Shown here: one piece after another, positions 1-11,900 of the stretch | Layout: every line of letters starts with the position of its first letter | How positions within the stretch are numbered: position 1 is the stretch's first letter | Assembly (NCBI GenBank): GCA_021647905.1 | Contig: JAKITW010000006.1 | Coordinates: 30-64,029, forward strand | Source of the DNA: Desulfobacterales bacterium | Lineage (GTDB): Bacteria > Desulfobacterota > Desulfobulbia > Desulfobulbales > BM004 | Reading direction: 5' to 3' | Length of the DNA stretch: 64,000 nucleotides | Program-made: the position numbers and the translations under genes | The notes under the pieces: model-generated | Database searches by the model: none | What the model saw: only the letters and a program-made list of their open reading frames with translations | Told to the model about the DNA's origin: nothing

Positions 1-301
1 AGTATGCTTCGCAGTCCCGAATGAACGAATCTAAGCCACTGGTAAACGCTTACGGGCATGAGTTTACCGTAAATCCGTACCCCCGGTGAACGGTTACATT
101 TTGCATATAGGGACACAAGGCACTTAAGCGACCACCGGGTCCGGAGCCTGCTTCGGAAGTCTGCGTTGATTTGTCAGCGGCCTGTTCGCTTGCCGGGGTT
201 GGGGTAATGACGCCGCGGCGTTGCTTATGCCCGGTGATCAATTACATGGATACCGGCCCGCACCGTTTGGCGTGGCGGGGATGTTATAGAAAGGAGCAGG
301 T

Positions 302-451
302 ATGAGGAACATCATCACCCTGGGGTGTACGGTCTGTAAGAACCGGAATTACAGCACCACCAAGAATAAAAAAAATACGCCGCAAAAGCTTGAGTTTAAA
401 AAGTATTGCCGGTTCTGTCGAAGTCATACCATGCATAAAGAGACCAAGTAG
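302..451 (+). CDS. rpmG: 50S ribosomal protein L33 (Zn-ribbon form)
   Basis: Absent from the ORF track because it is under 60 aa. Manual translation ATG302..TAG451 gives [49 protein letters not shown] (49 aa) with CxxC...CxxC. AGGAG lies 5 nt upstream. Canonical position ahead of tRNA-Trp/secE/nusG. Confidence 0.9.
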   Translation: MRNIITLGCTVCKNRNYSTTKNKKNTPQKLEFKKYCRFCRSHTMHKETK

Positions 452-604
452 TGTCCGGCTGGAAGTTCTTTTTTCCGGCGGACGCCCTGCCGGGCGGCAA
501 GGTGAGGTGGATTTCACCCTGGTCAACGGGTTGTCCCATCGTTACCTCAGGCTGATACCCCGGTTGCAGTTATCTGCCGGCACGGATTCAGGATATTTTC
601 AGGT

Positions 605-680
605 AGGCCAGTAGCTCTAATGGTAGAGCACCGGACTCCAAATCCGGGTGTTGGGGGTTCGAGTCCCTCCTGGCCTGCCA
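605..680 (+). tRNA. trnW: tRNA-Trp (anticodon CCA)
   Basis: 76-nt cloverleaf read by eye. Acceptor AGGCCAG/CTGGCCT, D arm GCTC-TAATGGT-AGAGC, anticodon arm CCGGA-CTCCAAA-TCCGG. T arm GGGGG-TTCGAGT-CCCTC, discriminator G and encoded CCA. Classic position before secE. Confidence 0.93.
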
Positions 681-840
681 CCTCAACCTGCTTTTCAGGT
701 ACAAGGCAGCAGGCGCACGGCATTGTGCGGTTGCGGCGGATTGATGGCGGCAAACAGTGATCAGGTAAAAATTACGGCAATCTACAGGCGGATGGGGGCG
801 TGCCCCGGCTCCGCTGTTATTGATCGGTGGCCCCATTATT

Positions 841-1122
841 ATGGCAGTGAAAAAGGGCGCTAAGTCCAAGAAAAGCGACAGGCCCCAGAAGAAAAAAGCC
901 GTCCCCGAAGTGAAGACGACCACGCCCTCCCCCTATTCCATTGCCGGGATCAAGGGCTTCATCGGCGAAGTGCAGGGGGAGTTCCACAAGATCGCCTGGC
1001 CGGACAAAAAGGTGGTCATGGGGTCGACCGGGGTGGTTATCGTCCTGGTCATGCTTATTTCATTGTACCTCGGCGCGGTGGACCTGTTCGTCGGCAATAT
1101 CGTCACCTCTATCTTGAAGTAA
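841..1122 (+). CDS. secE: preprotein translocase subunit SecE
   Basis: ORF 820..1122. Lys-rich N-terminus, then FIGEVQGEFHKIAWPDKK and a single C-terminal TM helix (VVIVLVMLISLYLGAVDLFV). ATG841 (MAVKKG...) is preferred over TTG820, but the start is uncertain. Lies between tRNA-Trp and nusG. Confidence 0.85.
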   Translation: MAVKKGAKSKKSDRPQKKKAVPEVKTTTPSPYSIAGIKGFIGEVQGEFHKIAWPDKKVVMGSTGVVIVLVMLISLYLGAVDLFVGNIVTSILK

Positions 1123-1179
1123 CTGGCGGTCGGCGCGGCGTGATTACAAACCGGTCTTAAAGGATATCCGGCAAAGCTT

Positions 1180-1710
1180 ATGGCGAGAAAATGGTACATA
1201 GTACATACCTACTCCGGGTTTGAAGAGAAGGTGAAGACCACCCTCCTGGAGAGGATCAGGGCCGCTGGCCAGGAGGTTCACTTCGGTGAGATCCTGGTAC
1301 CCACCGAGCAGGTGCTGGAGATGATCAAAGGGACCAAGAAGACCACGGAAAGGAAGTTTTTTCCGGGTTATATCCTGGTCAACATGGATCTTAACAACGA
1401 AACCTGGCACACGGTCCGTTCCACCCCCAAGGTCACCGGGTTTGTGGGCAATGATCTCAACCCTCCTTCGTTGTCCGACGACGATGCGATGAAGATCATC
1501 GGCCGGATCAAGGATGGCGCCAAAAAACCAAAACCAAAGGTGGTGTACGAGGTCGGGGATCAGGTGCGGGTCATTGACGGGCCGTTTGCCAATTTCCAGG
1601 GAGTGGTCGATGAGGTCTTCCCTGATAAGGGTCGGGTTCGGGTGATGGTCAGTATTTTTGGCCGGTCAACTCCGGTGGAATTGGAGTTTGTCCAGGTATC
1701 CAACGACTAA
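1180..1710 (+). CDS. nusG: transcription termination/antitermination factor NusG
   Basis: 176 aa. WYIVHTYSGFEEKV (NGN domain) and a C-terminal KOW (GDQVRVIDGPFANFQGVV). secE-nusG-rplK order. Confidence 0.95.
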   Translation: MARKWYIVHTYSGFEEKVKTTLLERIRAAGQEVHFGEILVPTEQVLEMIKGTKKTTERKFFPGYILVNMDLNNETWHTVRSTPKVTGFVGNDLNPPSLSDDDAMKIIGRIKDGAKKPKPKVVYEVGDQVRVIDGPFANFQGVVDEVFPDKGRVRVMVSIFGRSTPVELEFVQVSND

Positions 1711-1803
1711 CCAGCATGGCTGGACCATAATTTTTGGGCCGCAGCCACAACCAACAATGAAAATCTCCCCGGACAGCGAGCTTCGTCCGGCACGACTTTC
1801 ATG
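1709..1803 (+). repeat. Copy A of a ~95-nt structured intergenic repeat (modules P1 CCAGCATGGCTGG, P2 GGCCGCAGCC, P3 CCGGAC-N10-GTCCGG)
   Basis: About 90% identical by eye to 36518..36612. Its 3' two-thirds match the reverse complement of 23022..23079. Starts on the nusG stop codon. Confidence 0.8.
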
Positions 1804-1880
1804 TTAAAGAAAGCGGTCAGAGGAAAAAACGCGGTTTTTTTGCGTACGAGTTGATAGCGACTACGATCAGGAGATGATAG

Positions 1881-2309
1881 ATGGCTAAGAAAATTACCGG
1901 ATATATTAAACTGCAGATCCCGGCCGGAAAGGCGAATCCTTCTCCGCCGGTTGGCCCGGCTCTGGGCCAGCAAGGCGTTAACATCATGGAGTTCTGCAAG
2001 GCCTTTAATGCCAAGACCCAGGGCCAGGGCGATATGATTATTCCGGCGGTGATTACCGTGTATGCTGATCGCTCCTTTTCGTTTATTACCAAGACGCCGC
2101 CCGCCTCGGTGCTGCTCTTGAAGGCCGCCGGCCTGAAGAGCGGGTCGAGCAACCCCAAGGTTGAGCGGGTCGGCAAGGTCGGCAGGGCCAAGATCCGGGA
2201 GATCGCTGAACTGAAGATGCCGGATCTCAATGCCTATGATGTCGAGGGGGCGATGCGGATCATCGAGGGGACGGCCCGGAGTTGCGGCCTGACCGTTGTC
2301 GATGGCTAG
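1881..2309 (+). CDS. rplK: 50S ribosomal protein L11
   Basis: 142 aa. [43 protein letters not shown] is the L11 signature. Confidence 0.97.
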   Translation: MAKKITGYIKLQIPAGKANPSPPVGPALGQQGVNIMEFCKAFNAKTQGQGDMIIPAVITVYADRSFSFITKTPPASVLLLKAAGLKSGSSNPKVERVGKVGRAKIREIAELKMPDLNAYDVEGAMRIIEGTARSCGLTVVDG

Positions 2310-2414
2310 TGGGACCGGACTTTGTTAAAAGAATCACGAACAGAAACAACTTGTTGTTTTTAATGAGAAATATTTCTTGGTGAACAAGAAAGCGTACCGG
2401 GTGTGGAGATAACC

Positions 2415-3119
2415 ATGGCAAGGCGAGGAAAAAACTACAAGAAGGTTACTGCTGATATTGATACCTCCAGGCTCTATACCGTTGAGGAGGGGATTGACCA
2501 GGCTCTGCATTCCAGCTATGCCAAGTTTGACGAATCCGTTGATATCGCAATCAGGTTGGGGGTTGATCCCCGGCATGCCGATCAGATGGTGCGGAGCAGC
2601 GTGGTGCTTCCCAACGGCACCGGCCGGGAGATCCGGGTGCTGGTCTTTGCCAAGGGAGACAAGGAAAAAGAGGCACTGGAGGCCGGGGCTGATTATGCTG
2701 GCGGCGATGATCTGGTTGCCAAAATCCAGGGGGGATGGCTGGAGTTCGATCGCACGGTGGCCACCCCGGATATGATGGCCACCGTGGGTAAGATCGGCCG
2801 GATCCTCGGACCGCGCAACCTGATGCCCAACGCCAAGCTGGGCACCGTGACCTTTGACGTCGCCCGGGTGGTCGGTGAGATCAAGGCCGGTAAGGTTGAT
2901 TTCAAGGTGGACAAGGCCGGGGTGGTGCATGCGATGCTGGGCAAGGTCTCCTTTGGCCGGGAGAAATTGCAGGAAAACATCCTGGCCTTTATCGATAAGA
3001 TCGTTCAACTCAAACCATCCACCAGCAAAGGGATTTACATGCGCTCGGTCAGCCTGTCAACAACCATGGGCCCTGGGATCAAGATCGATCCCCTGGATGC
3101 ACGGGCCCTGGTAAAGTAG
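2415..3119 (+). CDS. rplA: 50S ribosomal protein L1
   Basis: ORF 2403..3119. ATG2415 ([10 protein letters not shown]...) has GGAGA upstream and a typical L1 N-terminus. Follows rplK. Confidence 0.95.
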   Translation: MARRGKNYKKVTADIDTSRLYTVEEGIDQALHSSYAKFDESVDIAIRLGVDPRHADQMVRSSVVLPNGTGREIRVLVFAKGDKEKEALEAGADYAGGDDLVAKIQGGWLEFDRTVATPDMMATVGKIGRILGPRNLMPNAKLGTVTFDVARVVGEIKAGKVDFKVDKAGVVHAMLGKVSFGREKLQENILAFIDKIVQLKPSTSKGIYMRSVSLSTTMGPGIKIDPLDARALVK

Positions 3120-3498
3120 GCTTTTTCCGTCTCGGCCCCGCACTCCGGAGCATTGGGGACTCCCGGGCGTTTTTCTTGGCGGTTTTTATTATAAACAGCA
3201 ACTGGTTGCCCGCCAGCGGCCGAAGAGGAACCTCCGGCGGGCTTTTCAATAATTAAACAGTGTGTCGAAGACAGCGGGTACTTCGGGTTTAATCAGTGTG
3301 AACTGACCTGCCGAGACGGTTATTTAGGAAACGACATTGTTCCCTTCAGGGGGGGGGTCGTTTGGATTGTCCGGGTGTCCGGCAATCCTTAACAACGAAT
3401 TTTTCTCGGCAACGGCAAGGAAAAATCCGGAACTGCTGGCGACTGGAACCGGGGGTGCTCTTCAACCCGCGGGGCCATGATGAATAAGGAGGATAATC
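3120..3498 (+). promoter_or_regulatory. long rplJ 5' leader (candidate L10(L12)4 autoregulatory leader and promoter region)
   Basis: 379-nt non-coding gap between rplA and rplJ, with several GC-rich hairpins. L10 leaders are known at this position in many bacteria. The structure was not verified here. Confidence 0.3.
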
Positions 3499-4026
3499 TT
3501 GAATCGCGAGAAGAAGGCAGAGGTGGTTGCGGAACTTAAGGATAAGTTCGGCCGGGCCGGAATTGCCTTTGTTGTCGACTATCAAGGCCTGACCGTCCCG
3601 GTACTGGAAGAGTTGCGACGCGCCCTGCGCAACGGTGACGCCGAGTTCCGGGTAGCCAAGAATACCTTTTTGCGCCGCGCGGTGGAAGGAACCGACTACC
3701 AGGGGCTGCAGGAACACTTCAAGGGAACCACCGCCGTGGCGGTGTCCTCCGGTGACCCGGTGCAGCCGGCCAAGATCCTGGCCGAGTTTGCCAAGGATCA
3801 TCCTGAGTTCTCGCTCCGCTCCGCAGTGCTGGACGGCAAGCTGCTCGGTCCGGAGGAGATCACCGCATTGTCCAGGCTGCCCGGCCGGGAGGCGCTCCTG
3901 GGTCAGCTGCTTTCGGTGATGAACGCTGTTCCCACCGGCCTGGTCCAGGTATTAAGCGGCGTACCGAGAACATTCATGTACGCATTGCAGGCAGTCAAGG
4001 ACCAGAAAGAAGGCCCAACCAACTGA
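3499..4026 (+). CDS. rplJ: 50S ribosomal protein L10
   Basis: 175 aa. TTG start 7 nt after AGGAGG. MNREKKAEVVAELKDKF... is typical L10. Precedes rplL. Confidence 0.95.
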   Translation: MNREKKAEVVAELKDKFGRAGIAFVVDYQGLTVPVLEELRRALRNGDAEFRVAKNTFLRRAVEGTDYQGLQEHFKGTTAVAVSSGDPVQPAKILAEFAKDHPEFSLRSAVLDGKLLGPEEITALSRLPGREALLGQLLSVMNAVPTGLVQVLSGVPRTFMYALQAVKDQKEGPTN

Positions 4027-4072
4027 ACAACAAGGTTTTAACTTTTTATAACGTCGCTAGGAGGATGGAAAA

Positions 4073-4453
4073 ATGGCAGTAAGCAAAGATGATGTAATTG
4101 AGTTTATCTCTAATATGACCGTACTTGAGCTGTCCGAACTGATCAAGGAACTGGAAGAGAAGTTCGGGGTGTCCGCGGCCGCCCCGGTGGCCGTTGCCGC
4201 GGCGGGCGGCGCCCCTGCCGATGCCGCCGCTGCTGAGGAGAAGACCGAGTTCGACGCGGTCCTCACCGCAATCGGCGATCAGAAGATCAAGGTCATCAAG
4301 GAAGTCCGGGGGGTCACCTCCCTCGGTCTCAAGGAGGCCAAGGAACTGGTCGAGTCTGTTCCCCAGCCGGTCAAGGAAGGCGTGTCCAAGGAAGAGGCCG
4401 AGGAGATCAAGACCAAAATCGAGGCTGTCGGCGGCACTGTCGAGATCAAGTAG
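4073..4453 (+). CDS. rplL: 50S ribosomal protein L7/L12
   Basis: 126 aa. Ala-rich hinge and a C-terminal [22 protein letters not shown] motif. Confidence 0.97.
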   Translation: MAVSKDDVIEFISNMTVLELSELIKELEEKFGVSAAAPVAVAAAGGAPADAAAAEEKTEFDAVLTAIGDQKIKVIKEVRGVTSLGLKEAKELVESVPQPVKEGVSKEEAEEIKTKIEAVGGTVEIK

Positions 4454-4559
4454 GCGGCCCCGGTTTTCACCTGCCTTCAAGCACGAGGAGCGAATCGATC
4501 CGTATCATAAGTGAGCGTAACTCGAATTCAGCCCAGCAATTGTCGGTAAGGTGATTTGG

Positions 4560-4600
4560 CGCTACGGGGCGTTCCCGCTCCGTAGCGTTGTTGCGTTTTG
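4560..4600 (+). terminator. rplL-rpoB intergenic hairpin followed by a T-rich tract (candidate attenuator)
   Basis: CGCTACGG(4560-4567)/CCGTAGCG(4580-4587), extendable inward (GC-G/C-GC), followed by TTGTTGCGTTTT. An attenuator at this junction is known in E. coli. Confidence 0.5.
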
Positions 4601-4801
4601 ATGGGACTGTTTTTCCCGGCTGCCGGTTCTGTCTGCCTGGCCTGTTCCCTTCACCAGGTATTACACTGAAATTTAAAAAGATTTCTCAGCAACAGGTGGG
4701 ACCGCCCAGCCTCCCCCCTTGAGCCCTGCTGAGAGGATTGTATTCCCCATTTACACTGTCTCCGGGCCTGACCGGGCACATATAGACGAGGGCATTGCTC
4801 A

Positions 4802-7800
4802 ATGAAGACGATGAACAGAGTCAGAAAGGATTTCGCCAAGACCGGACCGATCATGGATACGCCGCATCTCATCTCGATGCAGCGCTTCTCCTATGAGAAA
4901 TTTCTCCAGAAGGGGCTGGCCCCTGACCAGCGGGAAGACACCGGGCTGCAGGCCATCTTCAAGAGCATTTTCCCCATTTCCGATTTCAACGGCGTCTGTT
5001 TCCTTGAGTTTGTCCGCTATACCTTTGGCGAGCCCAAGTATACGGTGGAGGAGTGCGTTGAGCGGGGGATGACCTATGATGTGCCGATCAAGATCACGGT
5101 CCGGCTGGTCACCTATGACACTGATCCCGAGACCGGGGTGCAGAACATTCGCGACATCAAGGAGCAGGAGGTTTACCTGGGCAGCGTGCCCCTGATGACC
5201 CGGGACGGGGTCTTTGTGGTCAACGGCACCGAGCGGGTGATCGTCAGCCAGCTCCAGCGTTCGCCCGGTCTCTTTTATTCCCATGACAACGGCCGCACCC
5301 ATGCCAGCGGCAAGCTCCTCTATTCGGCCCGGATTATCCCGGTGCGGGGGTCGTGGATCGACCTTGAGTTTGATATCAAGGATATTCTCTACGTGCGCAT
5401 CGACCGGCGGCGCAAGTTTCCGGTAACCACCCTGCTCAGGGCCCTGGGATATTCACCCGAGGAACTGCTTCGCTATTTCTATAAGGTCGAAAAGCTGGTG
5501 GTCAAGCGCAAGAAGTTCAAGAAGGTCTTTGACCTGGAGCTGCTCCTCGGGCAACGCGCCACCCAGGACCTTATCCATCCGGAAACCGGCGATGTGCTGG
5601 TCAAAAAGGGGCGGAAGATCAGCAAGGCCGCCGGCAGGAAACTGGCCGGGGCCGGGATTGATCTGCTTGATGTCGAATTGGACGAACTGGTGGGTAAATT
5701 CGTGGCCCACGATGTCGTCGCCCCCGGGACCGGCGAGATGATCCTGCCCTGTAACGGCGAACTGACCGAAACAGTGCTCACCTCGATGCTGGACGCCAAG
5801 GTCAAGCAGTTCGAGGTCCTGTTCATTGACGGCGCCAATGTTACCGACGCCTTTCGCAAGACCCTGACCCTGGACAAGGTCACCACCACCGAGGAGGCGC
5901 TGCTGGAGATTTACCGGCGGCTCCGGCCCAGCAGCCCGCCGACCAAGGAGGTGGCCACCTCCTTTTTCAACAACCTGTTCTTCAATCCCGGCACCTATGA
6001 TCTCTCCGAGGTGGGCCGTTTCAAGATCAACGCCAAGTTGAAGGTTGACACCGACATCGCGGTCCGCACCCTGACCAAGGATGATATCATGGAGGCGGTA
6101 CGCTACCTGGTCCGGCTCAAGGATGAGCAGGGCAAGGTGGATGACATCGATCATCTCGGCAACCGGCGGGTCCGCACGGTGGGCGAACTGGTGGAGAACC
6201 AGTACCGGATCGGCCTGGTGCGGATGGAGCGGGCCATCCGGGAACGGATGACCCTCCAGGAAGTGGAAACCCTGATGCCCCATGACCTGATCAATCCCAA
6301 GCCGATCACCTCGGCGATCAAGGAATTTTTCGGGACCAGTCAGCTCTCCCAGTTCATGGATCAGACCAACCCGCTCTCCGAGGTTACCCATAAACGGCGG
6401 TTGAGCGCCCTCGGGCCCGGGGGACTCTCCAGGGAGCGCGCCGGTTTCGAGGTCCGGGACGTACACCCCACCCATTACGGCCGGATCTGCCCGGTGGAGA
6501 CCCCGGAGGGGCCTAATATCGGCCTGATCGTCTCGTTGGCAGCCTATGCCCGGGTGAACCGGTTCGGGTTCATCGAGACCCCCTACCGGCTGGTCAAGGA
6601 CCGCAAGGTTACCGATGAGATCGAGTATATCACCGCCCTTGAGGAACGGGACCATATCATTGCCCCGGCCAAGACCGAACTGGATGATAAGAAACAGATC
6701 GCCGAGGACAACCTCATTGTCCGGCAGGAAGGCGAGGTGATCATTGCCACCGGCGACCAGGTCACCATGATGGATGTGGCGCCCAACCAGCTGGTCAGCG
6801 TGGCCACGGCCCTGATCCCCTTTCTTGAGAACGATGACGCCAACCGCGCCCTGATGGGCTCGAACATGCAGCGGCAGGCCGTGCCCCTGCTGCGGACCAC
6901 CTCGCCGCTGGTCGGTACCGGACTGGAGCGGGTGGTTGCCCGGGATTCAGCGGCCTGTCTCCTTGCCGCCGGCCCCGGGGTCATCGAGGGGGTGGATGCC
7001 AACCGGATCGTGGTCCACTATGACGAACCGGACACCGATGGCTGCAATACCGGGATCGCGGTATACCGGCTGAGCAAATTCAAGAAGTCGAACCAGAACA
7101 CCTGCTTTACCCAGAAACCCCTGGTCCTGCCCGGGCAGCGGGTGAACAAGGGCGATGTCCTGGCTGACGGCCCTTCCTGCGAACTGGGCGAACTGGCCCT
7201 GGGCCGGAACGTGACCATCGCCTTCATGCCGTGGCGGGGCTATAATTTCGAGGATTCGATCCTGGTCAGCGAGCGGTTGATCAAGGAAGATGCCTATACC
7301 TCGGTCCATGTGGAGGTTTTTGAGACCATGGCCCGGGATACCAAACTCGGCCGTGAGGAGATCACCAGGGATATTCCCAATGTCGGCGAAGAGGCGCTCA
7401 AGAATCTTGACGAGAGCGGGATCGTCCGGGTCGGCGCCGAGGTCAAGCCCGGTGACACCCTGGTCGGCAAGGTGACTCCCAAGGGCGAGACCATGTTGTC
7501 GCCCGAGGAGAAGTTGCTGCGGGCGATCTTCGGCGACAAGGCCAGCGATGTCAAGGATTCTTCCCTCAGGGTGCCGCCCGGGGTCGAGGGAGTGGTGATC
7601 GATGCCAAGGTCTTTTCCCGCCGCGGGGTGGACAAGGACGAACGGTCGCTCCTGATCGAGGATTATGAGGTCGAGCGGCTGACCCGGGACATGAACGATG
7701 AACTCAACTGCATGAAAAAGGCCCTGCGCGACCGGTTGACCGAACTGCTGGTCAACAAGGTTTGCAAGGCGCCGCTGCTCGGCCCGGATGGCACGGTTGT

Positions 7801-8890
7801 CTTGGCCAAGGGCCGGAAGTTCACTGCCGCGGCCATTGAAAACGCTGATTTCTCCGCCCTGCGGGGGATCGATTTTTCGACCTGGAAGAGCCACCAGGAG
7901 GAGATGGAGCTGCTCTTTTCCCGCTACCGCGAGCAGGCCAAACAGGTGCGGGCCCGGTATGAAGGGATCATTGCCCGGCATCGCAAGGGTGACGATCTGC
8001 CTCCCGGGGTGATCCGGATGGTCAAGGTCTATATCGCGGTCAAGCGCAAACTGGCGGTGGGTGACAAGATGGCCGGCCGGCACGGCAACAAGGGGGTCGT
8101 CTCCCGGATCCTGCCGGAAGAGGATCTGCCCTTTTTCGCCGACGGCACCCCGGTGGATATTGTGCTTAATCCCCTGGGCGTTCCCTCCCGGATGAACGTC
8201 GGCCAGGTGCTGGAGGCCCACCTCGGCCTGGCGGCCAGGAAGCTGGGCGAACAGATCCAGCAATTTGCCGAAAAACATGAGCTGGCCGCGGTCAAGAAAA
8301 AGCTCAAGAAGGTCTATTCCGCCGGGGAATACAAGGCGCTCACCGCCGGACTCTCCGACGCTGAACTCCTTGCCCAGGCCCGCAAGATGGGTAACGGCCT
8401 TCATATGGCGACCCCGGTTTTCGACGGGGCCTCGGAGCAGGAGATCAGGAGCCTGCTGGTTGAGAGCGGGATGAGTGAGTCCGGCCAGGCCACCCTCTAC
8501 GACGGCCTGACCGGCGACCCATTCGACCGGCCGGTGACCGTGGGGGTGATGTATATCCTCAAGCTTCACCACCTGGTGGACAACAAGATCCATGCCCGGT
8601 CCACCGGTCCCTACTCGCTGGTGACCCAGCAGCCCCTGGGCGGTAAGGCCCAGTTCGGCGGGCAGCGGCTGGGCGAGATGGAGGTCTGGGCCATGGAGGC
8701 CTACGGGGCCGCCTATACCCTGAAGGAGTTCCTGACCGTCAAGTCCGATGACGTGGAGGGACGGACCACCATGTATGAGAATATTGTCAAGGGCAAGAAT
8801 TTCCTGGAGACCGGATTGCCCGAGTCGTTCCACGTTCTGATCAAGGAACTGCAGGGACTGTGTCTGGATGTCGAACTGCTGGATGAGTAA
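4802..8890 (+). CDS. rpoB: DNA-directed RNA polymerase subunit beta
   Basis: 1362 aa with full-length RpoB motifs ([39 protein letters not shown]; NMQRQAVPL; [15 protein letters not shown]). Confidence 0.99.
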   Translation: MKTMNRVRKDFAKTGPIMDTPHLISMQRFSYEKFLQKGLAPDQREDTGLQAIFKSIFPISDFNGVCFLEFVRYTFGEPKYTVEECVERGMTYDVPIKITVRLVTYDTDPETGVQNIRDIKEQEVYLGSVPLMTRDGVFVVNGTERVIVSQLQRSPGLFYSHDNGRTHASGKLLYSARIIPVRGSWIDLEFDIKDILYVRIDRRRKFPVTTLLRALGYSPEELLRYFYKVEKLVVKRKKFKKVFDLELLLGQRATQDLIHPETGDVLVKKGRKISKAAGRKLAGAGIDLLDVELDELVGKFVAHDVVAPGTGEMILPCNGELTETVLTSMLDAKVKQFEVLFIDGANVTDAFRKTLTLDKVTTTEEALLEIYRRLRPSSPPTKEVATSFFNNLFFNPGTYDLSEVGRFKINAKLKVDTDIAVRTLTKDDIMEAVRYLVRLKDEQGKVDDIDHLGNRRVRTVGELVENQYRIGLVRMERAIRERMTLQEVETLMPHDLINPKPITSAIKEFFGTSQLSQFMDQTNPLSEVTHKRRLSALGPGGLSRERAGFEVRDVHPTHYGRICPVETPEGPNIGLIVSLAAYARVNRFGFIETPYRLVKDRKVTDEIEYITALEERDHIIAPAKTELDDKKQIAEDNLIVRQEGEVIIATGDQVTMMDVAPNQLVSVATALIPFLENDDANRALMGSNMQRQAVPLLRTTSPLVGTGLERVVARDSAACLLAAGPGVIEGVDANRIVVHYDEPDTDGCNTGIAVYRLSKFKKSNQNTCFTQKPLVLPGQRVNKGDVLADGPSCELGELALGRNVTIAFMPWRGYNFEDSILVSERLIKEDAYTSVHVEVFETMARDTKLGREEITRDIPNVGEEALKNLDESGIVRVGAEVKPGDTLVGKVTPKGETMLSPEEKLLRAIFGDKASDVKDSSLRVPPGVEGVVIDAKVFSRRGVDKDERSLLIEDYEVERLTRDMNDELNCMKKALRDRLTELLVNKVCKAPLLGPDGTVVLAKGRKFTAAAIENADFSALRGIDFSTWKSHQEEMELLFSRYREQAKQVRARYEGIIARHRKGDDLPPGVIRMVKVYIAVKRKLAVGDKMAGRHGNKGVVSRILPEEDLPFFADGTPVDIVLNPLGVPSRMNVGQVLEAHLGLAARKLGEQIQQFAEKHELAAVKKKLKKVYSAGEYKALTAGLSDAELLAQARKMGNGLHMATPVFDGASEQEIRSLLVESGMSESGQATLYDGLTGDPFDRPVTVGVMYILKLHHLVDNKIHARSTGPYSLVTQQPLGGKAQFGGQRLGEMEVWAMEAYGAAYTLKEFLTVKSDDVEGRTTMYENIVKGKNFLETGLPESFHVLIKELQGLCLDVELLDE

Positions 8891-8972
8891 CAGGGAACCC
8901 GGAACCCGGTCCTTCCGCCCTCTTCAGGGGGGCGGTCTTCAGCGCCCAAAAAATTTATAAAAAGGTGTAGCC

Positions 8973-11900
8973 GTGGAAGATCTTTTCAGCTTTTTTGCCA
9001 AAGCCAAGGCGCCTGTTAATTTTAAATCCGTAAAAATATCCCTGGCCTCGCCCGGCAAAATCCGGGACTGGTCGCACGGGGAGGTCAAGAAGCCGGAGAC
9101 CATCAATTACCGGACCTTCAAGCCGGAACGGGACGGACTCTTCTGTGCCAAGATATTCGGTCCGGTCAAGGACTATGAGTGCAACTGCGGCAAGTACAAG
9201 CGGATGAAACACCGCGGCGTGGTCTGCGAGAAATGCGGGGTCGAGGTCATCCAGTCCAAGGTCAGGCGGGAACGTCTCGGTCATATCAAGCTGGCCGCGC
9301 CGGTGGCCCACATCTGGTTCCTGAAGAGTCTGCCCAGTAAAATCGGCAGCCTGCTCGACATGACCTTGAAGGAGTTGGAGCGGGTCCTGTACTTTGAATC
9401 CTATGTGGTGGTCTCCTCCGAGGAGCCCTCCCTGCCGCCGGCAACCCTGTTGAACGAGGACGGCTACCGCCAGGCGGTGGAAGAATTCCCGGGCAAGTTT
9501 GTCGCCGGGATCGGGGCCGAGGCGATTCGCGAACTGCTCAAGGGCCTTGATCTCCATGCCCTGTCCGCCTCGATCCGGGAGGAGATGCGGACCACCACCT
9601 CGGAGACCAAACGGAGCCGGCTGGGCAAGCGGCTGATCGTGGTGGAGGCCTTCCGCGACTCCGGCAACCGCCCGGAATGGATGATCCTGGAGGTGATCCC
9701 GGTGCTGCCGCCGGACCTGCGGCCGCTGGTGCCCCTGGAGGGCGGCCGTTTCGCCACCTCGGACCTGAACGATCTCTACCGGCGGGTGATCAACCGCAAC
9801 AACCGTTTGAAAAGGCTCCTGGAACTTGACGCCCCGGACATCATCATCCGCAACGAAAAACGGATGCTGCAGGAGGCGGTGGACGTCCTGTTTGATAACG
9901 GCCGCCGGGGCCGGTTGATCACCGGGCCCAATAAACGGCCGCTCAAGTCCTTCAGCGATATGCTCAAGGGCAAACAGGGACGTTTCCGCCAGAACCTGCT
10001 CGGTAAGCGGGTGGACTACTCCGGCCGTTCGGTCATCGTTGCCGGCCCGCATCTGCGCCTGCACCAGTGCGGGATTCCCAAGAAGATGGCCCTGGAGCTG
10101 TTCAAGCCCTTTATCTACAGCAAGCTGGAGGGTCTGGGATATGTGACCACCATCAAGAGCGCCCGCAAGATGGTGGAAAAGGCGACCAAGGAGGTCTGGG
10201 ACGTGCTCGAGGAGGTGGTGACCGAATATCCGGTGATCCTGAACCGTGCTCCCACCCTGCACCGTCTCGGCATGCAGGCCTTTGAAGCGGTGCTTATCGA
10301 GGGCAAGGCCATCCAGCTTCACCCCCTGGTCTGCATGGCCTTTAACGCCGACTTTGACGGCGATCAGATGGCGGTCCATGTCCCCCTGTCCGTGGAGGCG
10401 CAGACCGAGGCCCGGGTGTTGATGATGTCCACCAACAACATCCTTTCCCCGGCCAACGGGAGCCCGGTGATCATTCCCACCCAGGACGTGGTCCTGGGCA
10501 TCTACTACATGACCCGGGACCGGATGCTGGCCAAGGGCGAGGGCAAGATCTTTTCTTCTCCTGATGAGGCCCGGATTGCCTACGACCACGGGGTGTGTGA
10601 ACTGCACGCCAAGGTCAAGGTTCGTTTCAACGGCAAACTGGTCGATACCACCATCGGCCGGACCCTGCTCAACGATCTGCTGCCCGCCAAGGTGCCGTTC
10701 AGCGTGATCAACAAGGTGATGAACAAGCGCGAACTGGCCTGGCTGATCGACTATACCTATCGGAACGCCGGCACCAAGGAGACCGTTATCCTGGCCGACC
10801 GGTTGAAGGATATGGGTTTTGAATACGCCACCCGGGCCGGGATTTCGGTCTGTGTCAACGATATGATTATCCCGGTCAAAAAAGAGGAGATTCTCGCTGA
10901 GGCTGAAAACGAGGTCCTGGATGTTGAGCGGCAGTACACCGACGGGCTGATCACCGTGGGCGAGAAGTACAACAAGGTGGTTGACGTCTGGTCCAAGGCG
11001 ACCGAGGAAGTGGCCAAGGAGATGATGGCCGAGATGAGCGTCGAGTTTCAGCGGGACCGGGACAATAAGAGGGTCGAGGTCCCCAGTTTCAACCCGATCT
11101 TTATCATGGCCGATTCCGGGGCCCGGGGCAGCAAGGACCAGATCCGGCAGCTGGCCGGAATGCGTGGCCTGATGGCCAAGCCGTCCGGGGCGATCATCGA
11201 GTCGCCGATCAAGGCCAACTTCCGTGAAGGGCTGGGGGTGCTCGAGTATTTCATCTCCACCCACGGTGCCCGCAAGGGTCTGGCCGATACCGCGCTGAAG
11301 ACCGCCAACTCCGGCTACCTGACCCGGCGGCTGGTGGATGTGGCCCAGGACTCCACCATCGTGGCCCGGGACTGTGACACCCTGGACGGGATCATGGCCG
11401 AGCCGTTGATGGAGGGCGGCGAGGTTATCCAGCGGGTCGGCGACCGGATCCTCGGCCGGGTGGCCCTGGAGGACGTGATCGATCCCTTTACCGGCGAGGT
11501 CCTGGTGGAGGCCAATCAACAGATCACCGAAGACCGGGTCGATGCCATCGAGGCCGCTGGCATCGACCGGGTGCTGATCCGCTCGGTACTCACCTGCCGG
11601 GCCAAGCGCGGGGTCTGCGCCATGTGCTACGGCCGCGATCTCGGCCGCGGCCATATGGTCAATACCGGCGAGGCGGTGGGGATCATCGCGGCCCAGTCCA
11701 TCGGTGAGCCGGGCACCCAGCTCACCATGCGGACATTCCATATCGGCGGTACTGCCAGCCGGCGGGTCGAACAGGCCGAGATTCGCACCCAGCACGGCGG
11801 GGTGGTCAAGCTGCAGCGGATCCATCACGTGACCAACTCCAGCGGCCGGATGGTGGTGATGAACCGCAACGGCGAGATCACCATCCTCGGCGCCGAGGGC

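Noticed and set aside
1-301. Looked for a second tuf copy, tRNA genes or an SRP/6S-like RNA upstream of rpmG
   Set aside because: No cloverleaf could be folded. No EF-Tu-like frame is present, only a short edge-truncated frame ending at 89 with no recognisable homology. The CCGGGTCCGGAGCCTGCTTCGGAAG segment does not match the SRP helix-8 consensus.
5453-8833. 400-aa and 628-aa minus-strand ORFs inside rpoB
   Set aside because: Same reasoning: antisense shadow ORFs of a conserved gene with no domain-like sequence.
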